From assembly GCA_951406725.2 (NCBI GenBank), contig OX597836.1, positions 12,028,001-12,092,000 of the forward strand: DNA of 64,000 nucleotides, in the 5' to 3' direction. Both the position numbers and the translations under genes were made by a program. Shown in pieces: positions 12,809-25,817 of this stretch (the stretch's first letter is position 1; every line of letters begins with the position of its first letter). Source of the DNA: Octopus vulgaris. Its lineage: Eukaryota. Under the pieces are notes generated by a model. That model saw nothing but the letters and a program-made list of their open reading frames with translations. It was not told the DNA's origin and did not search any database.

Positions 12809-13710
12809 CAGGCTTCTTTAGTTTCCGTCTACCAAATCCACTCACAAGGCTTTTGGGCAGCTCGAGACACTATAGGAGAAGACGCTTGCCCAAGGGTACC
12901 ACACAGTGACGACAACACTTCCCATAGAACGGAATGTTAGTGCAATGCAAGGCTCACTCTTTCACAGCTGAGTGAGCTCAATTAACGTGAAATGAAGTGC
13001 TTCGCTCGAGATTACAACACAATGCCATGCCCAGTCGCAGAATTGAAACCACGACCTTGCGCTCATTGGCACTTGCACTGTTATCCCCTATTTATCAAAA
13101 TTCTATTTAGTGTGTCTTCCTCCGCAGCAGTCTTTCGCTCTGTTATTGTACATGTTTCTCCTAAGTATTCCGACTATTGCTGCCGGAGATTTTTCGACTT
13201 TGCGCATCCATTGTTTTATTTCTTCTTCCCCCCACCCCCCATCTCCATTCGTTCTTTCATTTTTTCCTCGTTTTCTTTTCCTTTTGTTCTCCGACACCCA
13301 CCCACCCACCGACCCCACTCCTTTCTTTACACATGCACGCATGCATGTGTGTATGTGTGTGTGTGTGTATATATATATATATGTGTGTATGTGTATATAT
13401 GTGTGTATGTATTTATGTGTGTGAAAATATGTATTTGTGTGCATGTATATATATATGTGTGTGTGTATATGCACATGTGTGTGTGTATATATTATACACA
13501 CACACACATATATATATACATACATATAGATAGATACATACATACATTATATATATATACACAGACATATATACACACACACACACATATGTGTATATAT
13601 ACACATATATATATATACATAGATATATATATACACACATACACACACACATATATATATACACACACACATATGTATATATATATACACACATATATAT
13701 ACATACATAC

Positions 13711-13747
<37 letters not shown>

Positions 13748-14539
13748 TATATATACACACACATGCACATGTATATACTTAACTGTACTATTACCTCAGG
13801 GGATAACTGGCCTCCTCATACCCTCTTCTTCTCTCCTCCCCCTCACATACTCTCTTCTCCTCCTTCCCTTCTATTCTCTTACCCCTCTCCTCTTCCCTTC
13901 CCTGCATTCCACTCTTGTGGCAGGGGGGGGGGGAGCAGGAGTTGGCGGGGGTTCTACCATGAAATTAGAACAATTGATTTTTAACTTCTCCATTGCCCTC
14001 CAGTTAATTATTAGCAGTAAATAAATACGGCAATACACCAAGATACCACCAGAATTTATGGACTTTTTTTCTGTGTTAATTTAGTTTTTTTTTAGTTTTT
14101 TTTTTTAAATTTAAATTTCATATTGTTTTCAAAAAAAAAAAAAAAAAAAACTAAAACAAATTTTAAAGTTTGATTGTTGTTTATTAATGAGAATAAGATA
14201 TTTATATTTATGTGTATGGGTGTGTCTGTGGAGGGGTATGAGTCATATATTAGTGAATGTGTATATATATATATATATGTGCCTGGGTATTTGTGTGTAT
14301 ATGGCTATATATATATATATATATATGTACATATACACAATATCGTGAATTATGTCTCTTCTGGCTGTTTTTATAAAACTAGTTTCTTTTTAAAGTAGGA
14401 AAGTGGCTCAAAATGTTATCCATTAATGTATAAATTGATTGGTCAGTGTTCATGTATTACGCTCATGTGGCAGTTACACAAGAAGGTCACATCATGTATT
14501 AACATGTATCTCCTTACAGCGAAATAAACTTCATTTAAT

Positions 14540-15197
14540 CAAGGCTATTTAATCGTATCTAAAGATCTCGTTTGGTCATAAATGACCATGGGATTGCACA
14601 AAACCGGGCAAGATTGTTTATGGAAGACCAGCAGTCGCCCATCCATATCGGCCTCCCCTCTCCACGCCACTGATTTTATCCAAGGAGAAGGCAAAGGCTG
14701 ATACAGCTTGGCACCAGTGATGGTACAACGTGAAATAAAGTGTCTTGCTCAAAGCCTTGTGAGTGGATTTGGTAGACGGAAACTGAAAGAAGCCCGTTGT
14801 ATATATGTATGTGTGTGTGTATGTTTGTGTGTCTGTGTTTGTCTCCCCAACATCGCTTGACAATTCAGCGGTTCGGCAAAAGAGACTGATAGAATAAGTA
14901 CTAGACTTACAAAGAATAAGTCCTGGGGGGTCGATTTGCTCAACTAAAGGCGGTGCTCCAGCATGGCCACAGTCAAATGACTGAAACAAGTAAAAGAGTA
15001 ACACAACATACAGCACAGTCCATTGTTCATGCTGCTGAGTGATAGGTGTTAGGAAGGGCATCCAGCTGTAAAAAAAAAAAACTGTGTGGAAACAGACATA
15101 GAATCTGGTGCAGGCTCCTACTTTGCCAGCTCCTGTCAAACCATCCAACCCAAGCCAGCATGGAAAGCAAACGTTAAACGATGATGATGATGATGAT
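14540..15197. mobile_element. Composite of SINE fragments: an unclassified SINE body (14540-14750), family A (14750-15000, +) and an RTE-tail element (15040-15197, +)
   Basis: Family A identity; ttaggaagggcatccagctgta block and (GAT)n tail. Confidence 0.7.
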
Positions 15198-15594
15198 AGA
15201 CCTTTTTGATTTCTATTTTTCTCAGGAGTGGGGCCCACATAGCCATTTGATGTCTAAAAACTCCTATTACATTTTCATGATTAAATATTATAAAGAATTG
15301 TATTTAAAAAATGTTTAAATAATATGTGTATTGTTGTAATATAGGCATCAATTTTGACAAAAAAATCTTATATGGGACCTCTAAGTTCCATATGGACCCT
15401 AGTTGAGAACATTTGCTTTTGTAGAAAGGATTATGTTTTGCCTTTTCTTCACTTTACACAGTCAGGCCCAGTTCTTAACCAGAGACATTAAGGGCAACAG
15501 GTTTTTACTTCTAAAGCTGTGAACATGCAATTGAAAAAAAGTGATGTCTGTGTATTAAAAAGAAAAAAAAAAATTCCTTTTTATGAAATTTACA

Positions 15595-16105
15595 TCATCA
15601 TCATCACCAGCAGCATCATTTAATGTCCATTTTCCATGCTGGCATGAGTTAGATGGTTTGACATGCAGCTGGCCAGACTCCAATTGTCTGTTTTGGCATG
15701 GTTTCTCTGGCTGGATGCCCTTCCTAACACCAGCCACTTTATCATAGGGTACTGGGTGCCACCGGTACTACTGCATTTAGTATGGCCATGGCATCTGCAA
15801 AAGACAACCCTGTATGTTTGGATGACAGGGTCGCCACAACACCTGGTCCCTTGTCATGTCCTCAGTGAGGCCCAGCATCTGAAGATCCTTACTCACCACA
15901 CCACTTCATCCCACATTTTCCTGGGTCGACCCCTTCCACAGGTACCCTCCACAATTAGAGCTTGTTTCTTCTTCACACAGCTGTCCTCATCCATAGACAT
16001 CACATCACCAAACCAGTACAGTCATCTCTCTTGCACACAACAGCTGACGCCTCTGTCTCTTATACCCAGCTTCCCACTTAAACCATTCACACTCTGTCCT
16101 GTGTG
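15595..16105 (-). mobile_element. RTE-clade LINE 3' end (ORF C-terminus + 3'UTR + (GAT)n tail), degenerate
   Basis: Minus strand about 15845-16060 translates VQER*LYWFGDVMSMDEDSCVKKKQALIVEGTCGRGRPRKMWDEV, matching the RTE LRWFGHV..M...G.R.RGRPRK.W signature. Confidence 0.82.
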
Positions 16106-16137
16106 CACACAATAAAACCAAATGACTAAGATTGCTT

Positions 16138-16330
16138 TTACACACAAAGGAATTTACATAAAATAGGTGAATTACCTACAAGCCTGATCTTCTGTGATTC
16201 AGTTATTTTGGGGCTGTCAAGAATTTGGTCTACATATTTACTTGCTCTTTTTGACATCATTCCAAGTACCCTACTGAGAGTAGGTAATGTTATTGCTTTG
16301 AGATGCCACATTCTTCTGATTTCCATCTCC
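16138..16330 (-). mobile_element. Second, older R4/Dong-clade LINE C-terminal relic
   Basis: The ORF MEIRRMWHLKAITLPTLSRVLGMMSK...ESQKIRLVGNSPILCKFL resembles the EI.RMW.....PV..G.LG...QK..L.GTA.ILRK end of RLE-type LINEs and aligns with the 5647-5880 relic. Confidence 0.65.
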
Positions 16331-16361
16331 CGACTCTTTACATTTGCTCTCTCTCTCTTTC

Positions 16362-16750
16362 ACTCTCTTTTACTTGTTTCAGTCATTTGACTGCGGCCAT
16401 GCTGGAGCACCACCTTTAATCGAGCAACTCGACACCGAGACTTATTCTTTTGTAAGCCCAGTACTTATTCTATCGGTCTCTTTTGCCGAACCGCTAAGTA
16501 ACGGGGACATAAACACACCAGCATCGGTTGTCAAGCAATGCTAGGGGGACAAACACAGACACACAAACACACACACACATATATATATATACGACGGGCT
16601 TCTTTCAGTTTCCGTCTACCAAATCCACTCACAAGGCATTGGTCGGCCTGTGGCTATAGTAGAAGACACTTGCCCAAGGTGCCACACAGTGGGAATGAAC
16701 CCGGAACCATGTGGTTGGTAGACAAGCTACTTACCACACAGCCACTCCTG
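16362..16750 (-). mobile_element. SINE family A, near full-length
   Basis: Reverse complement of 3354-3782. Confidence 0.92.
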
Positions 16751-16907
16751 GATAAATATCTCACATGTTATCAGAGATGTTTTATTTTTGTCAGCCGGGA
16801 CTACAATATTCATCAAAAGTCATGATGTTGTTTCAATTTGACTCTTCCCCCCCCACCCCCCTGTGATATCTGGTCAGTTGTCCTGAATTTCCTAATCGAT
16901 CTGAACA

Positions 16908-17622
16908 CAGGCAGATACGTTGTTAGCAAGCCGGGTGAAATGCTTGGTAGTATTTCGTCTGTCTTTACGTTCTGAGTTCAAATTCCGCCGAGGTCGATTT
17001 TGCCTTTCATCTTTTCGGGGTCGATAAATTAAGTACTGGTTGCATACTGGGGTAGATCTAATCGCCTGGCCCCCTCCCCCAAAATTTTGGACCTTGTGCC
17101 TAGAGTAGAAAAGATTGTTATTATTATTATTATTATTAAGGCGGCGAGCTGGCAAAATCGTTAGCACGCTGGGCAAAATGCTTAGCAGCATTTCATCCGT
17201 CTTTACGTTCTGAGTTCAAATTCTGCCAAGGTCGACTTTGCCTTTCATCTTTCAGGGGTCAATAAATTAAGTACCAGTTGTGTACTGGGGTAGATCTAAT
17301 CGACTGGCCCCCTCCCCAAAAGTTTTGGGCCATGTGCCTAGAGTAGAAAAGATTATTATTATCATTAATATTATCATTATTAATATCATCATCATCAGGG
17401 TGGTGAGCTGGCAGAATCGTTAGCACGCTGGGCAAAATGCTGAGCGGCATTTCGTCCGTCTTTATGTTCTGAGTTCAAATTCTGTCGAGGTCGACTTTGC
17501 CTTTCATCCTTTCGGGATTGATGAAATAAGTATCAGTTGAGCACTGGGGTCAATGTAATCGACAATCCACCCCACCCCAAAAAAAGAAATTTCAGGCCTT
17601 GTGCCTATAGTAGAAGGGATTA

Positions 17623-17625
<3 letters not shown>
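16908..17625 (+). mobile_element. Three consecutive SINE family B ((TTA)n-tail) copies separated by their ATT tails
   Basis: Heads at about 16908, 17139 and 17398, each with B-box, Meta-like domain and ccccaaaa...agaaaagattatt tail. Confidence 0.9.
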
Positions 17626-17664
<39 letters not shown>

Positions 17665-18069
17665 GGGATTGGCTGAATCATTAGAGTGTTGAACAAATGC
17701 TCACTCCAAGTCTCACCTTTCATTTTTTTTGTGGTGGTGGTGGTGGTGGTGGTGGTGGGTCAATAAAATAAAGGACGTCTCAAGTACTGATGCTGATGTA
17801 ATCAATGAACAACCTCCTCTTGAGATTGTTGGCCTTGTGCTAAAATGAGAAACCATTATTATGTCATCTTCCATCGAATTTCCTTCTAATGATGGACACG
17901 TTAATTGTATTAACACTAATACAAGTAAATATGTAATTAGACTGGCTCCAAACGAGTTATTTGGTTAATAGACAAAGAGTGAGGTGTGTTTGAGTGCCTC
18001 AGACAGGAATAACTAATTCTTTGGATACCAAAATTCATACACATGCTTATATATATGTGTGTGTGTGTG

Positions 18070-18115
<46 letters not shown>

Positions 18116-18260
18116 GATAAAGATAGATAGATATAGATATTAATAGACAAAGAGTGAGGTGTGTTTGAGTGCCTCACTCTTTGTCTATAGACACATATAG
18201 ATAGATGGATAGATAGATAGCTATATAGATATGTATCTGATATATATTATATTTGTATGT

Positions 18261-18301
<41 letters not shown>

Positions 18302-18413
18302 TAGATTATATTTGTAAATTCATGTATGTACATATGTATATTTTATATACATTATGTGTATGTGTGTTTTATATATATACACACATATATAGATTATATC
18401 TGTATGTATGTTA

Positions 18414-18444
<31 letters not shown>

Positions 18445-18553
18445 TAGATTATATTTGTAAATCCATGTATGTACGTGTGTATATTTTATATAGATTATGT
18501 GTATGTATGTTTTATATATATATATATATACACATACACACACACACACACAT

Positions 18554-18584
<31 letters not shown>

Positions 18585-18911
18585 GATAATATTTGTGTGT
18601 ATGTATGTTATATATATTTGCATGTATGTATTTAGTTTCACTCCGGATTTCTGTGGCAGTTGTAACCCCCCTCCCCCACCGAGAGGCCACGAGAGACTTT
18701 GACAATTCAACAATTGAAATGCGAACATGGTTGTGTCATTTCGCTTTGTGCCGATCGGACAGAATGTAAATATATATCTGCGTTAAGTGTGTGCCTAGAA
18801 TTAATTCTCAGCGATGTGTTGGCATATGTGAAACAATAAACGCATGAGGGAAATTATGCCGTGCATTACACAGCATACGAACTAATGTGTGTGTGTGTAT
18901 GTATATATGTA

Positions 18912-19140
18912 TGTGGAGGCATATGGCATAGTGGTTAGGGTGTTTACTCTCATGATTGCGAGATCGCGGTTTCGATTCCCAGAGTGGGTATTGCATTGTG
19001 TTCTTGAGCAAAACACTTCACTTGATGTTGTTCTGCAATCATTTCATCGTATGACATGTGGCACGTGGTGTACCTGTACAGGTAATGTTGATTTCATGGA
19101 GGGGGTGAGCTTATGTGAACACAAGCATTGGGTCACTATA
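18912..19140 (+). mobile_element. SINE family C-related copy (tRNA head)
   Basis: gtggaggcatatggcatagtggttagg...ggtttcgattccc, similar to the 20392 head. Confidence 0.7.
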
Positions 19141-19169
19141 AAGAACTCCTCTGTGTGGTTGTTAAGCAA

Positions 19170-19482
19170 ATTAAGGAACGTAATGACCGATGAAATGCTG
19201 CTAAGCATTTTTCTCAGTGTGCTAATGATTCTGCCAGCTTGCTGCTTTAATAATAATAATAATAATCCTTTCAACTATAGGCACAAGGTCTGAAATTTTG
19301 GGGGAGGGGGCTAGTCGATTACATTGACCCCAGTATTTCACTGGTTCTTATTTCATCGACCCCTGAAGGATGAAAGGCAAAGTTGACCTCGGTGGAATTT
19401 GAACTCAGAGCGTAATGACAGACGAAATGCCACTAGGCATTTTTCCCCAGTATGCTAATGATTCTGCCAGCTTGCTACCTTG
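19170..19482 (-). mobile_element. SINE family B copies in (TAA)n
   Basis: Reverse complement of 5976-6190. Confidence 0.85.
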
Positions 19483-20157
19483 ATAATAATAATAATAATA
19501 ATAATAATAATTTCTTTTATTGGTTACAAGGGCCCAAGACATAGCAGACATCAAAGGACGAGTTAGAGTACACACACAAAAAAAAACAATAATAAAAAGA
19601 CGAAGAAGAAGAAGAAGGAGGAGAAAAGATCATTAATTATGGGAAATTAGATAAGTAATAGCTGTCCCTCATGTCTTTGACTTATATAATCATATTGAAG
19701 ATTGAATGTCATTTTAATTCCTTCCTCTGAAATTTGACTTTTAAAACCACCCCCGTCCCTACCATGTGCCTCCTTTGTAATTATTACATTTATTACCCGG
19801 CCGAGTAGGTTGGTTGACCTGTCCTAAATCTCAAGCAGTTAAACAATTATAATTGGTAAAAAGAAAAAAGTTTCCATTTAAAACCACATGCCTTACACCC
19901 ACGTGTTAGCTTTCGCTCTGCACTTACCCTGAGTGGCTGCTGTTATCACTTTTGTTACTGAATTCTCCAAGAAATACGTAGGTGCAGGTGTGGCTGTGTG
20001 GTTAGGAAGCTGGGTTTTCCTATCACATGGTCTCGGGTTCAGTTCCTCCGCACAGCACCTTGGGTGATTGTGGCTATGGTTCTGAATTAAGCAAGGGCTT
20101 GTGAGTGGATTTGGTCAACGGTAACAGAAAAGAAACCTACAGTTTTATATTTATGTG

Positions 20158-20302
20158 ATGAGGAATTATGTACATTATTTACATCTAGTGGTGCCAAGCT
20201 GGTGCCAAGACACCTGAAGAAGGCTGGAAGGTATATCAGCCGAAACGTTGCGTTAACAATAAACAAGATGAGGACAAATATCCGTTGAATGTAAATAATG
20301 TA
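20158..20302 (+). mobile_element. Penelope-type element end with terminal inverted repeat and hammerhead motif
   Basis: 14-bp inverted repeat tacattatttacat (20171-20184) / atgtaaataatgta (20289-20302) enclosing a hammerhead core. Confidence 0.6.
20209..20254 (+). ncRNA. Minimal type-I hammerhead ribozyme motif
   Basis: GACAC-CUGAAGA-A-GGCUG(gaagguauau)CAGCC-GAAA-CG-UU-GCGUU: intact core, 5-bp stem II, palindromic ACGU stem III, stem I with one A.C mismatch. Confidence 0.65.
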
Positions 20303-20356
20303 GATAAGAAACCTGTCATGTGTGTGTATCATGTACTGTTCTGTTATTGATGGGAC

Positions 20357-20391
<35 letters not shown>

Positions 20392-20394
<3 letters not shown>

Positions 20395-20680
20395 GAGGCG
20401 CAATGGCCCAGGTGGTTAGGGCCGCGGACTCGCGGTCACAACATCGCGGTTTCGATTCCCAGACCGGGCGTTGTGAGTGTTTATTGAGCGAAAACACCTA
20501 AAAGCTCCAAGAGGCTCCGGCAGGGGGTGGTGATCCCTGCTGTACTCTTTCACCACTCTTTCTTCTGTTAGCCTGCTCGCTTAGCCAGCGGGGTGGCGTC
20601 ATTCGAAGGCTAAAACAATGCGAACGCATTGTCACCAGCGATGTGTAACAACATCTGATGGTCTGGTCGGTCACGTGATC
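20392..20680 (+). mobile_element. SINE family C, full-length, CpG-rich (young)
   Basis: A-box tggcccaggtggtt, B-box ggtttcgattccc, 3' end ggtcacgtgatc; the 3' 115 bp recur inverted at 56980-57097. Confidence 0.85.
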
Positions 20681-20817
20681 ATCATCATCGTCGTTTAACG
20701 TCCGTTCTCCATGCTAGCATGGGTTGGACAGTTCGACCGGGGTTCTGGGAAGCCAGAAGGCTGCACCAGGCTCCAGTCTAAATTTGGCAATGTTTCTACA
20801 GCTGGATGCCCTTCCAA

Positions 20818-20820
<3 letters not shown>
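20681..20820 (-). mobile_element. RTE-tail element fused tail-to-tail with the SINE C copy
   Basis: atcatcatcgtcgtttaacgtccgttctccatgctagcatgggttggac...gctggatgcccttcc. Confidence 0.8.
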
Positions 20821-20861
<41 letters not shown>

Positions 20862-20924
20862 TACACATACATACAGGGTGTAATAGGTAAATTGGGACCA
20901 TTTAAATACCTTTAATATAATTGG

Positions 20925-21172
20925 TATGATAACTTAGATAACTTAGATATGTTTTGACCAAAGATTGGTCCAGGCCATGTCTAACTTAATAGCACCACCT
21001 GATAGGATTATTCGAATCCTGTTTAAGTCAAGTTTTGTTCAAGTAGTGAGTTCTTGTTGGGTGAGTTGTATCCAATTATGGGTGGCTTATCTGGTATTCT
21101 TTGAAGGAATCTATCGGGATCCTTTTCCTCTTTGATCTCCCTCGGGACATTGTTAAATAGGGTATAACTTGG
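20925..21172 (-). mobile_element. CR1-like LINE 3' end
   Basis: The minus strand translates TLFNNVPREIKEEKDPDRFLQRIPDKPPIIGYNSPNKNSLLEQNLT* (LFN.LP.EI...FL..IPD.P...GY...NSLL pattern), followed by a short 3'UTR and a tandem atctaagtt tail. Confidence 0.7.
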
Positions 21173-21831
21173 AAAAATCAAACACTGCAAATTTTATGTT
21201 TATGCCAGTTTATTGTTGGGTGTTTAAGCATTTATTTCAGTTCAGTGTGGCCACCAATTGCTTTCTTTACCAGTTCAATGGAAGGCTAAGTCAACCCAAG
21301 CGCTCAACTGGTACTTATGTTACTAATCCCAGACAAATGAAAGGCTAAGTCAACACCAGCACTCAATTGGTGCTTATCCACCCTGGCTAGATGAAAGGCA
21401 GTCATTCTTGGTGGAATTTTGATCTCACACACACACATACATACACTCACACACTCATATTCTCACACACTCACATAAACTCACAAATTCACATATACTC
21501 ACACACTCACTTATACTCGCACACTCACATATACTCACACACTCACATACACTCACACACACACATATACACACACACTCACATATACACACGCTCACAT
21601 ATGCACACACACACAAGCACACACTGGCATAGGCACACTCACATATACTCACACACATACATGCACACACATACACTTACACTCACACACACACATGCAC
21701 ACACACTCCCACACACACATACAAACACACTCACGCACATACACACGCATGCACTCACATATACACACTCACACACATACACTCACACACACACAAACAC
21801 AGACACACACACACACTCACACACACACACA

Positions 21832-21878
<47 letters not shown>

Positions 21879-21887
21879 TCACACACG

Positions 21888-21927
<40 letters not shown>

Positions 21928-22489
21928 TGTGCAGATAACTAAATAGACAGTTGGCCTGTCAGTGATCAAAGATCATTCAACAGGTGCCCAACCCTATTCT
22001 ATTGTAGGGTGTTCAAGTAGGTATCTGGGTAGGGGGATACATATACAGTAGGGTGTTGATGGGGTTTTGTGTTTTATTGACTGATTTTATTAACTCCCTA
22101 CCATTCCCAGAAGAATAAAAACAACAACAACAACAACAACAACCAAAAAAGGCAAAGTCCATCTCAGCAGGGATTCAAACTCCAGCACTAAAGGGTTGTT
22201 GTTGATAGCCCCTCACAAGGTATTTTTAAAAGACACCCTACAAATTATGTCAGTTCATTGCCCTATTTTATGGTGTCTGAACCTAGAACAATCCTATGAC
22301 AAACACAGGGCTTGCCTCTGGTGATGAATTTGCCATGAAAGGGGGGAAATCTCTTCTGGGTGCAACAAAGATGAAGACCCTGCATGTGTAGCTGTGTGGT
22401 AAGGTGTTTGCTTCTCAACTGCATGCTTCTGGGTTCAAGCCCCACTGCGTGGTACCTTGGGCGAATGTCTTCTACTATAGTTTTAGACT

Positions 22490-23205
22490 GATCTGCCGCT
22501 ACATTCTGAGTTCAAATTCTGCCGAGGTCGACTTTGCCTTTCATTCTTTCGGGGTCGATTAAATAAGTACCAGTTACGCACTGGGGTCGATGTAATCGAC
22601 TTAATACTTTTGTCTGTCTTTGTTTGTCCTCTCTGTGTTTAGCCGCTTGTGGGTAGTAAAGAAATAGGTATTTCGTCTGCCGTTACGTTGTGAGTTCAAA
22701 TTCTGCCGAGGTCGACTTTGCCTTTCATCCTTTCGGGGTCGATTAAATAAGTACCAGTTATGCACTGGGGTCGATGTAATCGACTTAATCCCTTAGTCTG
22801 TCTTTGTTTGTCCTCTCTGTGTTTAGCCCCTTGAGAGTAGTAAAGAAATAGGTATTTCGTCTGCCGCTACATTCTGAGTTCAAATTCCGCCGAGGTCGAC
22901 TTTGCCTTTCATTCTTTCGGGGTCGATTAAATAAGTACCAGTTACGCACTGGGGTTGATATAATCGACTTAATCCCTTTCTCTGTCTTTGTTTGTCCTCT
23001 CCGTGTTTAGCCCCTTGAGGGTAGTAAAGAAATAGGTATTTCGTCTGCCTCTATATTCTGAGTTCAAATTCCACCGAGGTCGACTTTGCCTTTCATCCTT
23101 TCGGGGTCGATTAAATAAGTACCAGTTACGCACTGGGGTCGATGTAATCGACTTAATCCCTTAGTCTGTTCTTGTTTGTCCCCTCTGTCTGTGGCCCCTT
23201 AGTAG
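22490..23205 (+). repeat. Four head-to-tail 184-bp headless SINE family B (tail-A) units
   Basis: Junction aaagaaata|ggtatttcgtctgcc at 22667, 22851 and 23035; period exactly 184. Confidence 0.92.
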
Positions 23206-23822
23206 CAGCAGCAGCTGTTCTCCATTTTATTTAAATAACACTGTCAGACTCCCTTCAGTTTTTCATCTACCAAACCCACAAAGACAAGTTTCGGTCGGGT
23301 CAGCGCTATAGTCTAAGACGGTGCAGTAGAACTGAATCTATGACCCCCCTGGTGCAAAGCAAGTTCCCTAACCATGCAGCCTTATAACAATACTCTTAAA
23401 ATTAAAATTATTGCTCGACCTTTTGACACCCTTTATACAACAGGGGCTGTAATATGAGCTGTGAGAAAGTGTAAGAAACAGAGAGGTCCCTTTGAAAGAT
23501 CTCTCTTCATTTTCTCCCTCGCCCCCACCCTGCTTTCTTATTTCTAATCATAGCATTTCTTCCCTCCCCTCCACCCGGCTCTTCTTTGTCCCAGGGAAAC
23601 TAACTGTTTTGTTTTCTGTAACCTTTCATTAGATTCCAATTAGATGTGGTAATTAACTCTTGCATACATGATTAAGTATTTGCTAATCACCTTGCAAGGT
23701 GCTTTTTATGGGTTCCATAACAATTAAATGCTTGTTTTGTTTTTTTTGTTGATTTTTTTCTTGTTTTTGTTTTGCTTGATTTTCCTTATGCTTTGAGTAC
23801 TGGCAGACTTGTGGCTACACAT

Positions 23823-23854
<32 letters not shown>

Positions 23855-24179
23855 GTATGTATATGTATAGATGTGTGTGTGTATATATATGTATGTGTGT
23901 GTATTTATAGAGATGTATGTGTATGTCTCTATATGCATGTATATATGTAAACATATGTATGCATATATGTAAGTGTATACACACATGTTTAGCTGTATAC
24001 ATATGTATGTATGTCTATATATGTATATGTATATATGTACGTGTATGCACATATATAAATGTATACTTATGTAAATGTCTCTCTCTATATATATATACAC
24101 ATATATACATGTACACATACATATATATGTATACATACATATATATGTTTCTATATATGTATCTGTATATATGTACATG

Positions 24180-24224
<45 letters not shown>

Positions 24225-25117
24225 TTGTATTTTTGTGTGTATGTATGTATATGTATACATCTGTATGTGCAAGTGAAGGAAGTTCTGGGGCTGATTTGTA
24301 TCTCTCTGTCTCTCTCTTTATATATATGTATGTAAGTATATATATATCTATATCTATATGTGTGTGTCTGTGTATATATACACACACACACACTAGTATA
24401 TAAGTATGTAAATTAACTTTAGAAATTAATTCTTAATGTCTATTGAAATTATCTTCCCTTTACTTTGAATTGTTAACAATTACTCTCAAGATTTTGTCTT
24501 TTCTTCCCACCCACCCCCAAGCGAAAATTTAATAAATTAATAATTCATTGCCAACGATATTCAGTACATCACCCTCTAAATCAATTACACAAATTCATGC
24601 CACTGGCTCCTGTGAGTTACTTCCCTTCGCTCTTTCTATTTTTAATTACATTAATAAATCTCAGCCATAATTGTGCAACTGATCATCCACTAGCTTCAGG
24701 AAGCTGTGCTGTACTGACGATACCAAATATATGGAAACGTAATGTCTACAGTTATTCATTTCTTTATGAGCAAAGATCAAACTGTCCTTTCTCTAAGTGT
24801 GTAAATATATTTATGAAATCATTTCGCTAAGAGCTTCTTCTTTTCTTTTTGTCTACTTTCTACAGCTAAGAATCTATTCTGTTGTCGACGGGAAAACACA
24901 GTGTCTCTTCCTTGTTTCTCTTTCGTTTGTATATTTCTATTGAAATACAGCATCTTCTTTCATTTAATTTTGAAAATTGTGGAAAATTTAATAAAATAGC
25001 TTTGTGCTACTTGAACTGGTGTTTGGAACAGCAACTTGATACTCTGACTCTTTTATGCTCAAACTGTCAAAATCTTGCCTCTTACACCTATCCTACAATG
25101 TCGTTCTAAAAACACAT

Positions 25118-25512
25118 ATAGGCAGAGGCATGGCTGGGTGGTAAGAAGCTTGCTTCCCAACCACATGGTTCTGGGTTCAGTCCCACTGCATGCTACCTTG
25201 AGCATGTGGCTTCTACTATACCCTCGGGCTGGCCAAAGCCTTGTGAGTGGATTTAGATGGAAACTGAAAGAAGCCCGCCATGTGTAGGTATGTGTGTCAG
25301 TGTGTCTGTGTTTGTCCCCCCATCACTGCTTGACAACCAGTGCTGGTGTGTTTACATCCCTGTAACATAGCAGTTTGGCAAAAGAGTTCAATAGAATAAT
25401 TACTAGGCTTAAAAATAAAATATAGTTCTGGGGCCGATTTGTTTGACTAAAACCCTTCAAGGTGGTGCTCCAGCATGGCCACGATCTAATGACTGAAACA
25501 AATAAAAGAATA
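25118..25512 (+). mobile_element. SINE family A, full-length, older subfamily
   Basis: Matches the reference copy. Confidence 0.88.
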
Positions 25513-25817
25513 AACCATGATAGAAATCTCGAATCTTTGAGATGATTCATGATTAATTCAAAATGACAGAATAATTCGAATGCTGTGTCGTACACAGTTT
25601 GCATCTATCAGATTCATTCATAAGGCATTAGTCGTCTCTGGGCCATTGTAAAAGACACTTGCCCAAAGTGCCATGCAGTGGGATTGAACCTGAAATCATG
25701 TGGCTGCTAACCCAGCTTCTTAATCACACAGCCATGCATGCAACAATGTAATTTTTTTTTTATTTTCAATTTTGTTTTTATTTATTCCCCTCTTTATTTG
25801 TTATGTAATGAAATCAC

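Noticed and set aside
20392-20470. Possible tRNA genes at SINE heads
   Set aside because: A/B boxes are present but there is no complete cloverleaf or acceptor stem, and each head continues into a SINE body.
24705-24752. CTGACGA...GAAACGTA hammerhead-like string
   Set aside because: Stem II has only about 2 bp in the required register and there is no adjacent stem I.
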